This document shows positions 30,651 through 41,540 of a stretch of DNA of 64,000 nt, piece by piece. The position numbers and the translations under genes were made by a program. Source of the DNA: Microcoleus sp. (GTDB taxonomy: Bacteria; Cyanobacteriota; Cyanobacteriia; Cyanobacteriales; Microcoleaceae); the NCBI GenBank assembly GCA_042408215.1, contig JAYFMW010000030.1, positions 480,001 through 544,000 of the forward strand, written 5' to 3'. Positions within the stretch are counted from its first letter, which is position 1. The number at the start of each line of letters is the position of its first letter. Under the pieces are notes generated by a model, which had not been told where the DNA came from, ran no database searches, and worked only from the letters and a program-made list of their open reading frames with translations.

Positions 30651-31592
30651 CTGACCCTGCAAACTCGTCAGTACCAAAGCAACTTGTTGAGCCGCGAGGT
30701 GAAGGGTTGTGATTTCATCTGGGCGGAGAGAACAGGGCTGCTTCCACTGGAGAGACATCAGGGCGATCGATCGACCTCCGTGAACCACCGGGATGCTCAG
30801 ATGGGATTGAATGCCGGATTTTTGATAGTGTGGCAGGCTCGCTAAGGCTGTGTCGGTGGCAATGTTCACAGCACCCTGAATCGTTCCAGAGGCGATCGCC
30901 TTTTGAGCCAGGGGGTCATCGGCCAGCCAATTTTCCACAGTTTGGCCGCTGGTGTGAATGCCTTGTGCTGGCATTAAAACATTCCCTTCCACCAGTTGCA
31001 AAATGCAAGCATCGGCCAAAAAATTGTCGCTAATAGCAGTAGCAATTGGCTCTAAAGTTGCCTCCAAACTCGGAAATTCCATAGCCGTTTGCATGATAGT
31101 TGCTAACAGTTGTATTTGATTTTGGGCGCGATGCAACTCCTCAGTCCGCTGCTTGAGAACTTCATAAGTCTCCGCAGCCTTTTGCACCACCATTTTTAAT
31201 TCGTTCGGGTCCCAAGGCTTAGTGATATACTTGTAAACCTGTCCAGAGTTAATCGCATCCACCAAGTCTTCAATATCCGTAAAACCAGTCAAGATAATTC
31301 TGACCGTATTCGGAAACTGAGGCACTGTTTTGCTAAGAAACTCGGTTCCCTTCATTTCTGGCATCCGCTGATCGGAAATGATGACAGCAACTTCGCCCTC
31401 AAGGCCCAAGACTTCCAGGGCGCGAATCCCGCTCTCAGCTTTGAGCACGTTAAAATCTCGTCGGAAAGTGCGGTAGAGTAAATCCAGATTGTCTGGTTCG
31501 TCGTCTACTACCAGCATTTTGGGCTTTTTCGGTCGGTGTAGGGTCATGAGCTGGCGTTTAATTTGATCTAGCTCTGGAATGGCATTATCCAT
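30648..31592 (-). CDS. Response regulator (REC + GAF-like domain)
   Basis: 'MLVVDDEP', 'ISDQRMP', 'YITKPW'; C-terminal GAF-like 'HLSIPV...LMSLQ'. Confidence 0.9.
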   Translation of the reverse strand: MDNAIPELDQIKRQLMTLHRPKKPKMLVVDDEPDNLDLLYRTFRRDFNVLKAESGIRALEVLGLEGEVAVIISDQRMPEMKGTEFLSKTVPQFPNTVRIILTGFTDIEDLVDAINSGQVYKYITKPWDPNELKMVVQKAAETYEVLKQRTEELHRAQNQIQLLATIMQTAMEFPSLEATLEPIATAISDNFLADACILQLVEGNVLMPAQGIHTSGQTVENWLADDPLAQKAIASGTIQGAVNIATDTALASLPHYQKSGIQSHLSIPVVHGGRSIALMSLQWKQPCSLRPDEITTLHLAAQQVALVLTSLQGQ

Positions 31593-31743
31593 AACAATAC
31601 GATAAACTCCCCAAATTCAGGCGAGGGATTATTCTGCAACAATAGTCTGATCGTTCACATAGTATCAATCAATAGCTCTGCCGCGACATGAGCCTTGCTG
31701 GTATCTAATCAAACATAACTTAGCGCTGGTTTTTGACACAATT

Positions 31744-32839
31744 ATGACTGACACACCGCAAGATTTCTCGCCCCCCGCATCTCAAGCCTCTATTAATGCT
31801 GTGGATGTCGAAACATTAGTCCGATCGCTCCGCCGCAAAGAAGGCAGTTGGGTAGAATGGGGACAAGCATGCACGGAATTGCAAAAAGCTGGCTACAACT
31901 CTCAGAGGATTTTTGAGGAAACTGGTTTTGAGCCAATTCAGCAAAATCAAGTTGGCGTCGCAGCCCAAGTGTACACCAGCATGGTAAACGCTGGAACTTC
32001 CGAAGCAGTTCGATCGCACTTTCGGCGCAAAGGTAGTGATATTTTGTACGAGTTTCGGATTCTCGCTCCAGCAGAACGATCCGCCGCAGCGGCTTTGATC
32101 CTCGCCCACAATTTGGATTTTGACGACGCTCGTGATGTCGCTAAAGCCATGAAGGAGTTTTCCCGCTTCGGGAGTCTCCCCCAAGGTTTCACAGACACTG
32201 CTGGCGATGCTATGGCTTACCAGTGCTGGCAATTGGCCAGACAAAACAGTGACTTGCAAGAGCGATCGCGCTTAATTGCTCGCGGTTTAAAATTAGCTAG
32301 CAGCCAAACCGCGCGACAGCAAGTCGAGCAGTTGCTCGTCGATTTTACCGTAGTTCCGAGGCGATTGGCGCCGCGCTTGCCCCTCTATCGGCTCGACTGC
32401 TGAAGAACAATCGCCCCGCATTGTCCCCGTGGTGGGTAAATTGCCCCTGTCTACGACAGATTTGCAGGCAGTGCCTCTGCCGGAGGAAATCGCGCCCTTC
32501 CGCATGGTAAAATTTTCCGGCGAGGGAGCTTGGGTGGCTCTGCCGGGGTGGCAGGTAATTTTGAATGCTGAAGATCCGATCGCGGTTTTGGAAATGAGCG
32601 ATCGACTGCCGGTACCATTACAAGGCAAAGTTGAAGAAATTTTGATTATTGTCGATCGCTCCCAAAGGCAATGGGATGCTGAGAGTTATTTCTTTGCAGA
32701 CAATGGCGGCAATTTAGAATTGTATTGGTTTGAAGAATCCCCGGAGCTTCAGATTTTAGGAAGAGTTGTTCTAGTAATGCGTCCGCAAAAGATTCTGGAT
32801 GAAGACTATACCAAAGATGGATGGCAAATTGACGATTAG
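31744..32839 (+). pseudogene. raf1: Rubisco accumulation factor 1, split by a one-base frameshift near 32398
   Basis: 'LRRKEGSWVEWG', 'IFEETGFEP', 'SDILYEFRIL' in ORF 31744-32403; 'EEQSPRIVPVVG...WVALPGW...WQIDD' continues in the next frame. Confidence 0.85.
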
Positions 32840-33107
32840 TCAGTAGTCATTAGTCATTAGTCAGTAGTCATCAGTCAGTAGTCATTAGTCATCAGTCATT
32901 AGTCATTAGTCATTAGTCAGTAGTCATTAGTCAGTAGTCATTAGTTGTTAGTTGTTATCATGTCTGGTGAATTATATCAAATCCGATGATATCTGAATTA
33001 TGAGAGTGCGAGCGTCCTCGCTCGCGCTGACATCATCCAAATATATTATTCCGATGCCACAGGAAATGACTACTGACTAATAACTAATGACCAATGACTA
33101 ATGACTA
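32837..33107. repeat. Inverted STRR tracts between convergent genes
   Basis: TAGTCAT/TAGTCAG tract at 32837-32957 and TGACTAA-type tract at about 33067-33107. Confidence 0.85.
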
Positions 33108-34094
33108 ATCAGGTAATTTCGGTTCTTGAGTTGGCGGAACAGACTGCTGTTTCTTAAACCTCTTAAAACCATAAACCCCAGCCCCCAATATCAAAAAATA
33201 AGGACTGTAAGCCAACAACCAAATACCGAAATCAAACAAACCTAAAGTTAATTCTCCTACAGAATGAGTAGCTTTACCCCAAGTTTCCTGCATCCGCAAA
33301 CCGAGAGCAGGTTCAGGAGTTTGTTGAGATGATACTGCTGCTTCTAAAGTTAGGCTAATAGTAGAATAAGCCACTTGATTTCGCAAACTTTTTAACTGAG
33401 CATCAATCCGTTCTATAGACTCCCGAATATTACTCAATTCTTGAGCAGCTTTCAGCACGTCGCCTACAGAGCCCGATCGCTCCATAATTTTTAACACCAT
33501 TTCCTCCGATTTACGAAGGTTCCGCAATCTAGCTTCACTGTCCACTAATTGCGTAGTAACATCCTCCGCAGTCAGAGCACGATTCTGTACAGTTCCCAGT
33601 TTTGCTAAACTATCTAAAGTAGTTTCTAAGCGTTCTTGAGGCACGCGAATCTCCACAGTTGCGGTTTGCCGGATACTCGGATCTGGCGGCTTTTCATTTT
33701 GAAAAGCCAAAATATCGCCTTGCTGTTTTTCGACAATATTGGTAACAGATTTAGTGCTGGAATCAATAGATTTGACAACTAAACTCAGTGCGGCTTTTTT
33801 AATCAATTGGGGACGAGTTACCGGAGTTTCTGAAGAGGCTTGTTTTGGTGCAGCAGCCATTTTTGAGTCTGCGGCTTCTCCTCTTATTGATCCGGGCGCG
33901 GGTGCGGGAGAGGCTTGTGGAGCCGATCCCGCAACCCGGTTTTCAAGGCTGTTGGGTGGAGCTCCGCAACTTGGTAAAGCGGTAGAGGATAAAGTTAAAA
34001 ATGCCACCATAGCAAAGGGAGTTGTGCTTTTCTTTGCTAGGTTCAGGTTTCGCTTAACTTGTGGCAGGGAATTGGTGGTGAGGTAAATTTTCAT
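33105..34094 (-). CDS. DUF4349 domain lipoprotein
   Basis: 'LPSC' lipobox-like motif; 'QLIKKAALSL', 'IRVPQ', 'EDVT...D..ARL.NL', 'VAYSTI'. Confidence 0.88.
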   Translation of the reverse strand: MKIYLTTNSLPQVKRNLNLAKKSTTPFAMVAFLTLSSTALPSCGAPPNSLENRVAGSAPQASPAPAPGSIRGEAADSKMAAAPKQASSETPVTRPQLIKKAALSLVVKSIDSSTKSVTNIVEKQQGDILAFQNEKPPDPSIRQTATVEIRVPQERLETTLDSLAKLGTVQNRALTAEDVTTQLVDSEARLRNLRKSEEMVLKIMERSGSVGDVLKAAQELSNIRESIERIDAQLKSLRNQVAYSTISLTLEAAVSSQQTPEPALGLRMQETWGKATHSVGELTLGLFDFGIWLLAYSPYFLILGAGVYGFKRFKKQQSVPPTQEPKLPD

Positions 34095-34254
34095 AAAAAA
34101 AGTTCGGTGGTGGTTTGTCCTCTAAAAACGTTTGGGTATTAAATGTTATACTGGTTTGGATTTAAGCTGGAGTGGATAGTGTTAGTTTAGCTGATCCTAA
34201 AATGGAAACGGTGAAAAATATTTTTCTCATCTAAAATTTAAAATCTCAAATCCC

Positions 34255-36711
34255 ATGACAGACGAATTTGATCCTAATTTTACTCCCTCGATCGCCGATA
34301 TCGATCGCCCGGATGTTACTTCCTCCGCGTCTGACTCCGCCGTGGTGCGGGAACAAGCTCTCCGTAAACTGCGCGACAGCTTGCGTGAGGGGCAGCAGCA
34401 GATGGCCGATTGGGAAGGCGGCCCCCTTGCTGTTTCGGCGGTTCCAGGGTCCGGGAAGTCTACAGGAATGGCTGCTGCTGCGGCAATTGCGATCGCCCGC
34501 TATCGACTTCACAGCCGTCGCCAGTTAGTAGTTGTGACTTTTACGCGATCGGCTGCTGCTAATATTAAAGTTAAAATTCGCGAAAATCTCCGAGAATTAT
34601 CTTTACCACAAGGTGGTTTTGTCGTACACACTTTGCACGGTTTGGCTTTGAATATAGCGATGCGGCATCCCGATTTATCCGGTTTGAATTTAGAAAATTT
34701 CACTTTAGTTACTCCGACTCAAAATCACCGATTAATTCGCACTTGTGTAGAACTTTGGATAGCTGAAAATCCCCGCAGATATCAAATTTTGTTGGAAGGG
34801 CAACAATTTGATGGCGAAGAAGCAGAGAGGCTGCGGCGACAGTCTGTTTTACGCACCGAGGTTTTGCCACAGTTAGCTAATACTGTAATTCACGAAGCGA
34901 AATCTTCTGGTTTTTTTCCAGAAGATTTGTTAGAAATTAGCGATAAATCCCCTGGAGATAGTTATGAAATTTTAGCTGTAGCGGGCGGTTTATATCAAAA
35001 ATATCAAGCTTTGTTGCGGAGTCGGGAATTCATTGATTATGACGAAATGATTTTAGCAGCTTTGCGGGTGTTGGACAATCCGAAGGCGAGGGCGAACGAG
35101 CAAAAACAAGTATTTGCTGTTTTTGAAGACGAAGCGCAAGATTCTACACCTTTGCAGACGAAGCTTTTGGAAAAATTAGCTCAAGATCCAACAAATCCTA
35201 ACTTACCTGCTAATTTTATCAGAGTTGGCGACCCAAATCAAGCGATTAATTCTACATTTACCCCGGCAGATCCGATTTATTTTAGGGAGTTTTGCTCACA
35301 GTGCGAATTGGACAATAAGTTAGCAACAATGGATAGTGCAGGTCGCAGCACCCAGGTGATTATTGATGCAGCTAACTTTATTTTAGCCTGGGTAAATAAA
35401 TCTGAATTGGCGGGAACAGAACAGCCTTTTCGCGACCAAAAAATTAAGGCAGTTAGCAGCGAAGACCCGCAGTTAGATGCGAATCCTGCACCCCTTGGAC
35501 GCGGATTAGAATTGCATACTCCCCGCGACACTTACCACACAATTGAGTTAATTGGCAAGCGGGTAATAGAGTTAGTTGAGCAATTTTTACCCGCTGGTTT
35601 TGAATGGGGAATACATGATAAAAAACTCGAATTAGGCGGGGAAGTAAGCGATGTGGCAAACCAGGCAAAATTGCCATTAGAACATCTGAAATCAATGGCT
35701 GTTTTGGTACGGGAAAATAAACAGGGTAAGTTTATTAAAGAGGTGCTAGAAAATCCTAAAAAACACGGTTTGAGCGTAGATTTAAGCAAATATGGGATTA
35801 AAATTGAGGATATCGGAGAACGCGATCGGCATTCTCAAGTACCTTGGGAAATCTTAACATTGCTGCAATTTCTCGATCGCCCCCACTCACCAGACTACCT
35901 GAAAGCAGCATTAAAGATTTTGAGCGATCGCCAACTGATACCCAAACAAGACTACAATGCTTTTGCCACTAGCCCAGAGCAATTTCTGTACCCAGGCCCC
36001 CTCGATCCAAAGCAGTCAGATCCTGTTCGCAAATGTCGCTATTTTTGCTGCGGTTTGTTACAAGCACGCCTAGAACTTCCACCCTATCAAATTATATCAT
36101 TTCTCGCCCTAGCACTGCAATACGACCAAACAGAATTAGCCACAGCAGAGAAATTAGCAGAACGAGTAGCAATCCAAACAGTCGGGAACAATTCAATGAG
36201 CAATATTTTGGGTGTGATCGGCGAAATTGTCAGTTCCGAAAGATTTGAACCAGTGGAAGCAGAAGAGAAAATAGAAGAACGCTACACCAGCAAAGGTCAA
36301 CTAACAATTATTACGATGCACAAAGCAAAAGGATTGGATTGGGATTGCGTTTTTATCCCATTTTTGCACGAACAAACAATCCCCGGAAGTTTGCGAGTTT
36401 TGCCACAATCTAAATTTTTAGGAGACTTTACTTTAGCAGAAGTAGCGAGAGCACAAATTCGCGCTAGTTTGCACAAAAAAGATGCTTTCCAAAATCTGGG
36501 TAAAGCCTGGGAACAAGCAGGATATTTGAAAACAGCAGAAGAGTTTAGATTGCTATATGTGGCGATGACACGAGCCAAAAGCTTGCTGTGGATGTCGGCG
36601 GAGAAAAAAGGGCCTTTTACTTGGAATAAACCAGATAAATTGCAGGAACTCAAACCTTGTCCGGTGATGCCTGTTTTGAAACAACACTTTCCCGGTAATG
36701 TGATATTTTAA
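34255..36711 (+). CDS. UvrD/REP family ATP-dependent helicase
   Basis: 'AVPGSGKS', 'VTFTRSAA', 'EDEAQD', 'VGDPNQAI', 'TMHKAKGLDW', 'LYVAMTRA'. Confidence 0.95.
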   Translation: MTDEFDPNFTPSIADIDRPDVTSSASDSAVVREQALRKLRDSLREGQQQMADWEGGPLAVSAVPGSGKSTGMAAAAAIAIARYRLHSRRQLVVVTFTRSAAANIKVKIRENLRELSLPQGGFVVHTLHGLALNIAMRHPDLSGLNLENFTLVTPTQNHRLIRTCVELWIAENPRRYQILLEGQQFDGEEAERLRRQSVLRTEVLPQLANTVIHEAKSSGFFPEDLLEISDKSPGDSYEILAVAGGLYQKYQALLRSREFIDYDEMILAALRVLDNPKARANEQKQVFAVFEDEAQDSTPLQTKLLEKLAQDPTNPNLPANFIRVGDPNQAINSTFTPADPIYFREFCSQCELDNKLATMDSAGRSTQVIIDAANFILAWVNKSELAGTEQPFRDQKIKAVSSEDPQLDANPAPLGRGLELHTPRDTYHTIELIGKRVIELVEQFLPAGFEWGIHDKKLELGGEVSDVANQAKLPLEHLKSMAVLVRENKQGKFIKEVLENPKKHGLSVDLSKYGIKIEDIGERDRHSQVPWEILTLLQFLDRPHSPDYLKAALKILSDRQLIPKQDYNAFATSPEQFLYPGPLDPKQSDPVRKCRYFCCGLLQARLELPPYQIISFLALALQYDQTELATAEKLAERVAIQTVGNNSMSNILGVIGEIVSSERFEPVEAEEKIEERYTSKGQLTIITMHKAKGLDWDCVFIPFLHEQTIPGSLRVLPQSKFLGDFTLAEVARAQIRASLHKKDAFQNLGKAWEQAGYLKTAEEFRLLYVAMTRAKSLLWMSAEKKGPFTWNKPDKLQELKPCPVMPVLKQHFPGNVIF

Positions 36712-36924
36712 GATAAATTTTTGGAACGCACCGCGAAGACGCGAAGGACGCGAAGTTTGAGAAAAGAAGCATTAGCAAAAAAACATATAGGGGCAGGTTT
36801 AGCCCGAAATCTTGGTATAATACCAACAAAATCTAGAAAAAACTTCTCCTTTCTTCCTTCGTGTGCTTCGCGCCTTCGCGGTTCGTTAAAAAAAATCTCA
36901 TTCACAAAGAAAATTAAGATTGCT

Positions 36925-37671
36925 ATGACCAACTCAGAAATTCGCACAAAAAACGTCACAATTCCCAACGGGGATTTGCAAATCGCCGCCTACCAAGCCC
37001 AACCCGCAGCAGCAGGGCTATTTCCCGCAGTCATCGTCATTCAAGAAATCTTTGGCGTCAACTCGCACATCCGCGAAGTTACCGAAAGAATAGCAAAAGA
37101 AGGATATGTGGCGATCGCCCCAGCAATTTACCAACGCCAAGCCCCCGGCTTTGAAACCGGCTACACCCCCCAAGACATCAAAATCGGCAAAAAATACAAA
37201 GAACAAACTACCGCATCCGAACTCCTGGGCGACATCCAAGCCACCATCGACTACCTCAAAACCTTGCCATTTGTCAAACAACCAGGCTTTGGCTGCATCG
37301 GCTTCTGCTTTGGAGGGCACGTCGCCTACCTCGCCGCCACCTTACCCGAAATCAAGGCTACAGCGTCCTTCTACGGCGCTGGTATCGCCACCCAAACCCC
37401 CGGTGTCGGTGCCCCCACCATCACCCGCACAGCACAGATTCAAGGCACTCTCTATGGCTTTTATGGGACTCAAGATGCCAGCATTCCCTTAGAACAAGTT
37501 GACCAAATTGCAGCCGAACTGCAAAAACATCATATTTCTCACCGAATTTTCCGCTACAATGCCGATCACGGTTTCTTCTGCGACCACCGCGGCAGTTATA
37601 ACGCTACCGCAGCAGCCGAGTCGTGGGAGCAAGTCAAGCACCTATTTCAACAGGAACTTCAACCAGCTTAG
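36925..37671 (+). CDS. Dienelactone hydrolase family protein
   Basis: 'QEIFGVN', 'GFCFGG', 'ADHGFFCD'; start moved past repeat DNA at 36720-36890. Confidence 0.93.
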   Translation: MTNSEIRTKNVTIPNGDLQIAAYQAQPAAAGLFPAVIVIQEIFGVNSHIREVTERIAKEGYVAIAPAIYQRQAPGFETGYTPQDIKIGKKYKEQTTASELLGDIQATIDYLKTLPFVKQPGFGCIGFCFGGHVAYLAATLPEIKATASFYGAGIATQTPGVGAPTITRTAQIQGTLYGFYGTQDASIPLEQVDQIAAELQKHHISHRIFRYNADHGFFCDHRGSYNATAAAESWEQVKHLFQQELQPA

Positions 37672-37951
37672 ACAGTCCTGGATACCATTCTCAAAAACCT
37701 GTAGGGGCGGGCGATGTCCTGAGCGTAGCCGAAGGGTTCACCAAAAGCCCTAAAGGGTGTAGACAGGTGAAATAAACCCGCCCCCACCCACAAAAAAGCC
37801 ATTTATTGATATTGGCCCCTGATGTGAGTTGAAATGCGTAAGTTCTGTTAGAGAGAGGAAGATGGGAAGATGGGGAAAGTGGGAGATGGGGAGAGTGGGA
37901 AAATTTTTCTACAGACAACTGACAACTGACAATTAATAACTGACAACTGAC

Positions 37952-38851
37952 ATGAATTCCAAATCTACAGGTTCTCAAAGCGCAAAAGCATCCTTTTCAA
38001 TGGACGATTTTGCTAAAGCCCTCGAACAGCACAATTACGAGTTTCAGAAGGGACAAATAGTGCGTGGGAAGGTGTTCGAACACGACTCAAATGGTGCGTA
38101 TGTTGATATCGGCGGCAAGTCTTCGGCGTTTTTACCCATCGAAGAGGCTGCTTTGAGAACGATCGCGGATTTGTCGGAAGTCGTTCCTTTGGAAGAGGAA
38201 CGGGACTTTTTAATTATCCGCGAACAAGATGCTGATGGCCAAGTTACTCTGTCTCTGCGACAGCTACAAATTCAGGAAGCCTGGGAACAGCTAATCGAAT
38301 TGCAGGAAAGCGGTAAAGTCCTTCAGGTGCGGGTTTCGGGCGCAAATAAGGGCGGGGTGACGGTCGATGTACAGGGAATGCGCGGCTTTATTCCCCGATC
38401 GCACTTAATCGATCGCGACAACATAGAAGGGCTCATCGGTCAAGCTTTGACTGTGAGTTTCTTAGAAGTCGATCGAGAACGACAAAAACTGGTACTTTCC
38501 CAGCGGCTAGCAACTCAATCTTCTGCCTTCAGTCAGTTACAAATCGGCCAGTTGGTAGAAGGAAAAGTTAGCAGCATTAAGCCTTTTGGCGTGTTTATAG
38601 ACATGGAAGGAATTAGCGGTTTGCTGCACATCAAGCAAGTCAGCCAAAGATATATTGAAAACCTTTCTCAGCTATTTTCTCCCGGTCAAATTCTGAAAGC
38701 ACTGGTGATTGACCTCGATGAAAGTCGGGGCAGAATTTCCCTTTCTACCCGGATTTTGGAAAATTATCCAGGGGAAATGGTGGAAAAGATGGCAGAGGTG
38801 ATGGATACCGCAGAAGAGCGATCGGAACGTGCTAGAAAAAACCTTTCTTAA
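37952..38851 (+). CDS. S1 RNA-binding domain protein (second ribosomal S1 homologue)
   Basis: Three S1 repeats ('YVDIGGKS', 'GFIPRSH', 'GLLHIKQVS'). Confidence 0.9.
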   Translation: MNSKSTGSQSAKASFSMDDFAKALEQHNYEFQKGQIVRGKVFEHDSNGAYVDIGGKSSAFLPIEEAALRTIADLSEVVPLEEERDFLIIREQDADGQVTLSLRQLQIQEAWEQLIELQESGKVLQVRVSGANKGGVTVDVQGMRGFIPRSHLIDRDNIEGLIGQALTVSFLEVDRERQKLVLSQRLATQSSAFSQLQIGQLVEGKVSSIKPFGVFIDMEGISGLLHIKQVSQRYIENLSQLFSPGQILKALVIDLDESRGRISLSTRILENYPGEMVEKMAEVMDTAEERSERARKNLS

Positions 38852-38883
38852 GTCTTGAGAACCTCGTCCTCCTTACAGTCGGA

Positions 38884-39271
38884 GCTCCCCCTAAATCCCC
38901 CTTAAAAAGGGAGTAGGGTGTGAGTAGGGGGTGACGAGAGAATGCTCCGCTCCGGTTCCCCCCTTAAAAAGGGGGGCTAGGGGGGATCTGGGTATTCTGT
39001 TTTTTCAGGTGGGCTTACTGATTGTTGCCAATTTTTGCCAAATGTTATAGCAACCGCCCTGGTTATGAGGAGTTCTTAATTCCTGAAATCATTCCTTTTA
39101 GGGCATTTTAACCTCGACTTCTTCCTTCTTCCTTCGGCTATATATAGCGGTTCTCAAGAAAGTGAGGTATGCCCTATGCCCTATGCCCTATGCCCTATGC
39201 CCTATGCCCTCCGCCCTATGCCCTATGCCCTATATCAAGCCTGCACCGCACTGTTACTGAGAAAGGCTATA
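38884..39271. repeat. Cluster of dispersed repeats: CCCCCTTAA..AAGGGG hairpin element and TATAGC...GCTATA-bounded MITEs with a nested GCCCTAT STRR
   Basis: Similar elements at about 5046-5150, 54013-54115 and 58770-58903; TATAGCGGTTCTC/GAGAAAGGCTATA ends at 39143-39271. Confidence 0.7.
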
Positions 39272-39281
39272 TAACCCCATT

Positions 39282-41519
39282 TTATCGTGCTTTAACGCCA
39301 TTAGCTACTACTCCAAATACTCTAAGATCCGCTATATTTAATTGATCTAAGGCTTTGCTTACCATGTCCCGATCGGTTTTTTCTATCTTGACTATCAGCA
39401 CAGTACCATTAGTTTGAGAAGCTAGTAAGTGACCGTCAGCTACATCAATTAAAGGTGGCGTATCGTAAATTACTAAATCAAATAAGGCTAGGAATTGTTC
39501 CATTAAATAGTGCATCTTTCTGGAAGAAAGTAATTTAATTGGGTCTGGGGGACTGCTACCAGCAGTGAGGACAAAAAGATTTTCATCGTCGGGTAATCGC
39601 TGAATTGCCTCATTTAAACTTAAATCAGAAGTCAAAGTATTACTTAAACCTCTAATATTTGATACGCCAAGGTATGTGTGCAGTTGAGGAAATCGCATAT
39701 TGGCATCCACTAATAATACTCGTTTACCAACAGCAGCAGCAGTTTTAGCTAGATAAACTGCTACAGTAGACTTACCCTCACCTTTAACCGTCGAAGTGAT
39801 GGTTAAAGAACTTATAGGCTGTTCAGCACTTAATAATTGAATGTTGGTGTATAGGTAGTGAAAAGCCTCTATTAAAGGAAAATCTTTTTGATTTGACACT
39901 ATTATTCGTCTTGAAATTGCACTGCTATTAGTTGAGCTTATGCTAGTGAATTTAGGTGCTACACTGTCCCCTCTACGCGATTTAATCTTCATCCCTTTGG
40001 CGATCGGAATTACTCCCAAAATAGGGCGTTTAGTTGCATATTTAATTTCTTCTGGAGTATGGAAAACAGTATTTAAAACTTCTACTAGGAAACCTATAGC
40101 AATACCTAGTAAACTGCTAATAACGATCGCGATCGTTAGCTGGCGCCGGGTGGGTTTTGTTGTTACAGGATTGGGAGCACCATTTTCGTCTGTGACTAAC
40201 TGTGGTTTAGATATAATTTGCCAAGAGCCATCAATTTGACCAGCATCTAGTTGTAAAGTTTTTTGTTTGTCTATGAACAGTTTGAGAGTATCTTTAGCTA
40301 CTTCTAGTTTTAATTGTATGTCATCATAGCGACGTTGAGCTTGGGGCATTTGAGTAATTTTTGCTTGTAGTAAATTTTGGCTATTAGTTACCACTCGCTC
40401 GCGAACTTTCAACTGTTCTAGTTGTGATTTCATCTGCCTGAGGACAGACTCAGCTTCTCTTTGCATTAAATCGCGCAAACTTTTCTGCTTTTCCCGCAAA
40501 GATTGAATGGGAAGGCTATTTTCATAAAATTGAGTAGAGCTTAAAGCTAATTGCGACTCTATTTCATTTACTTTTCCCATTAAACTTTCATAAGACTTGG
40601 GGCTAATATCAACAATCCAACGATTATCACCCCTTAACGATCTTTGTTTGTAGCTTTCATATTGGTGCATACTTTCTGCTAGTTGTGCTTGCACTTCTAG
40701 GCGACGATTAGTTAAACTATCTAGCTGATCTGATAGGCTGCGGCTGCGTAGTTCTGGTTGATTAAAGTTATACTTAGTTCTTAAGGTTTGTAATTCTTGT
40801 TGCAAGTTATCTACGTTCTGCTGGAGTGGCGGCATTTGTTTATCGATAAAGTCAATACTTTTTTTGCTAACTCTTAACCGCTCTTGGCGCATATATTCTA
40901 GGTAATATTTTGCCGTTTCTTCCAGCACATATTTGATCCGCTTGGGGTCTCGATCGCGGTAAGTAATATCTAAGAGTTTAGTACCCCCCTGCTTCCCATC
41001 TCGCAAGAAAGTAACACGTTGGATAGTCAAGCGGTTGTTCAGATTTTTATACTCAAAGTTTGGATATTTTTCTTGCAATTTATTAACTAATGGTATTAGC
41101 ACTTCTGGGCTTTTTAAAACCCGCGCTAAACTTTGATAATCCACCGAGGAACCTTCTTCCGCTGAGGATTTAATTTTGTTCAAGTCTGTGATGCCTAAAC
41201 TGTTATTTTGAGCTTGGACAAAGAGCTTTGATAGCCGATCGTCAGCCGTAATGGGTTCTGCTAAAACTGTAAATTTTCCTTCGTACTCAGTAATAGATTT
41301 TTTGGCAGCCCTGAGAATCAAACTACCGCTCAAAGTAGCTATGCTTGCAGCTACTATGGCCATCACCAGAAGGCGACGTTTGACCACAGCTACTACCCAT
41401 GTCAGATCCAGAACTTGGTCATCTCCTTCTGGGGTACTAGCTGCGTAGTTAGGGGATGTGGCGGACAGATATTGACCATTAAGGTCATCCTTGAGGGGAG
41501 AAAACAGCTTTTTATCCAT
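39282..41519 (-). CDS. wzc: Polysaccharide co-polymerase/tyrosine autokinase (Wzc/GumC family)
   Basis: Two TM segments around a coiled coil; 'TSTVKGEGKST', 'LLVDANMR', 'IYDTPP'. Confidence 0.9.
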   Translation of the reverse strand: MDKKLFSPLKDDLNGQYLSATSPNYAASTPEGDDQVLDLTWVVAVVKRRLLVMAIVAASIATLSGSLILRAAKKSITEYEGKFTVLAEPITADDRLSKLFVQAQNNSLGITDLNKIKSSAEEGSSVDYQSLARVLKSPEVLIPLVNKLQEKYPNFEYKNLNNRLTIQRVTFLRDGKQGGTKLLDITYRDRDPKRIKYVLEETAKYYLEYMRQERLRVSKKSIDFIDKQMPPLQQNVDNLQQELQTLRTKYNFNQPELRSRSLSDQLDSLTNRRLEVQAQLAESMHQYESYKQRSLRGDNRWIVDISPKSYESLMGKVNEIESQLALSSTQFYENSLPIQSLREKQKSLRDLMQREAESVLRQMKSQLEQLKVRERVVTNSQNLLQAKITQMPQAQRRYDDIQLKLEVAKDTLKLFIDKQKTLQLDAGQIDGSWQIISKPQLVTDENGAPNPVTTKPTRRQLTIAIVISSLLGIAIGFLVEVLNTVFHTPEEIKYATKRPILGVIPIAKGMKIKSRRGDSVAPKFTSISSTNSSAISRRIIVSNQKDFPLIEAFHYLYTNIQLLSAEQPISSLTITSTVKGEGKSTVAVYLAKTAAAVGKRVLLVDANMRFPQLHTYLGVSNIRGLSNTLTSDLSLNEAIQRLPDDENLFVLTAGSSPPDPIKLLSSRKMHYLMEQFLALFDLVIYDTPPLIDVADGHLLASQTNGTVLIVKIEKTDRDMVSKALDQLNIADLRVFGVVANGVKAR

Positions 41520-41540
41520 AGGGCAAATTTTATTTAATTC

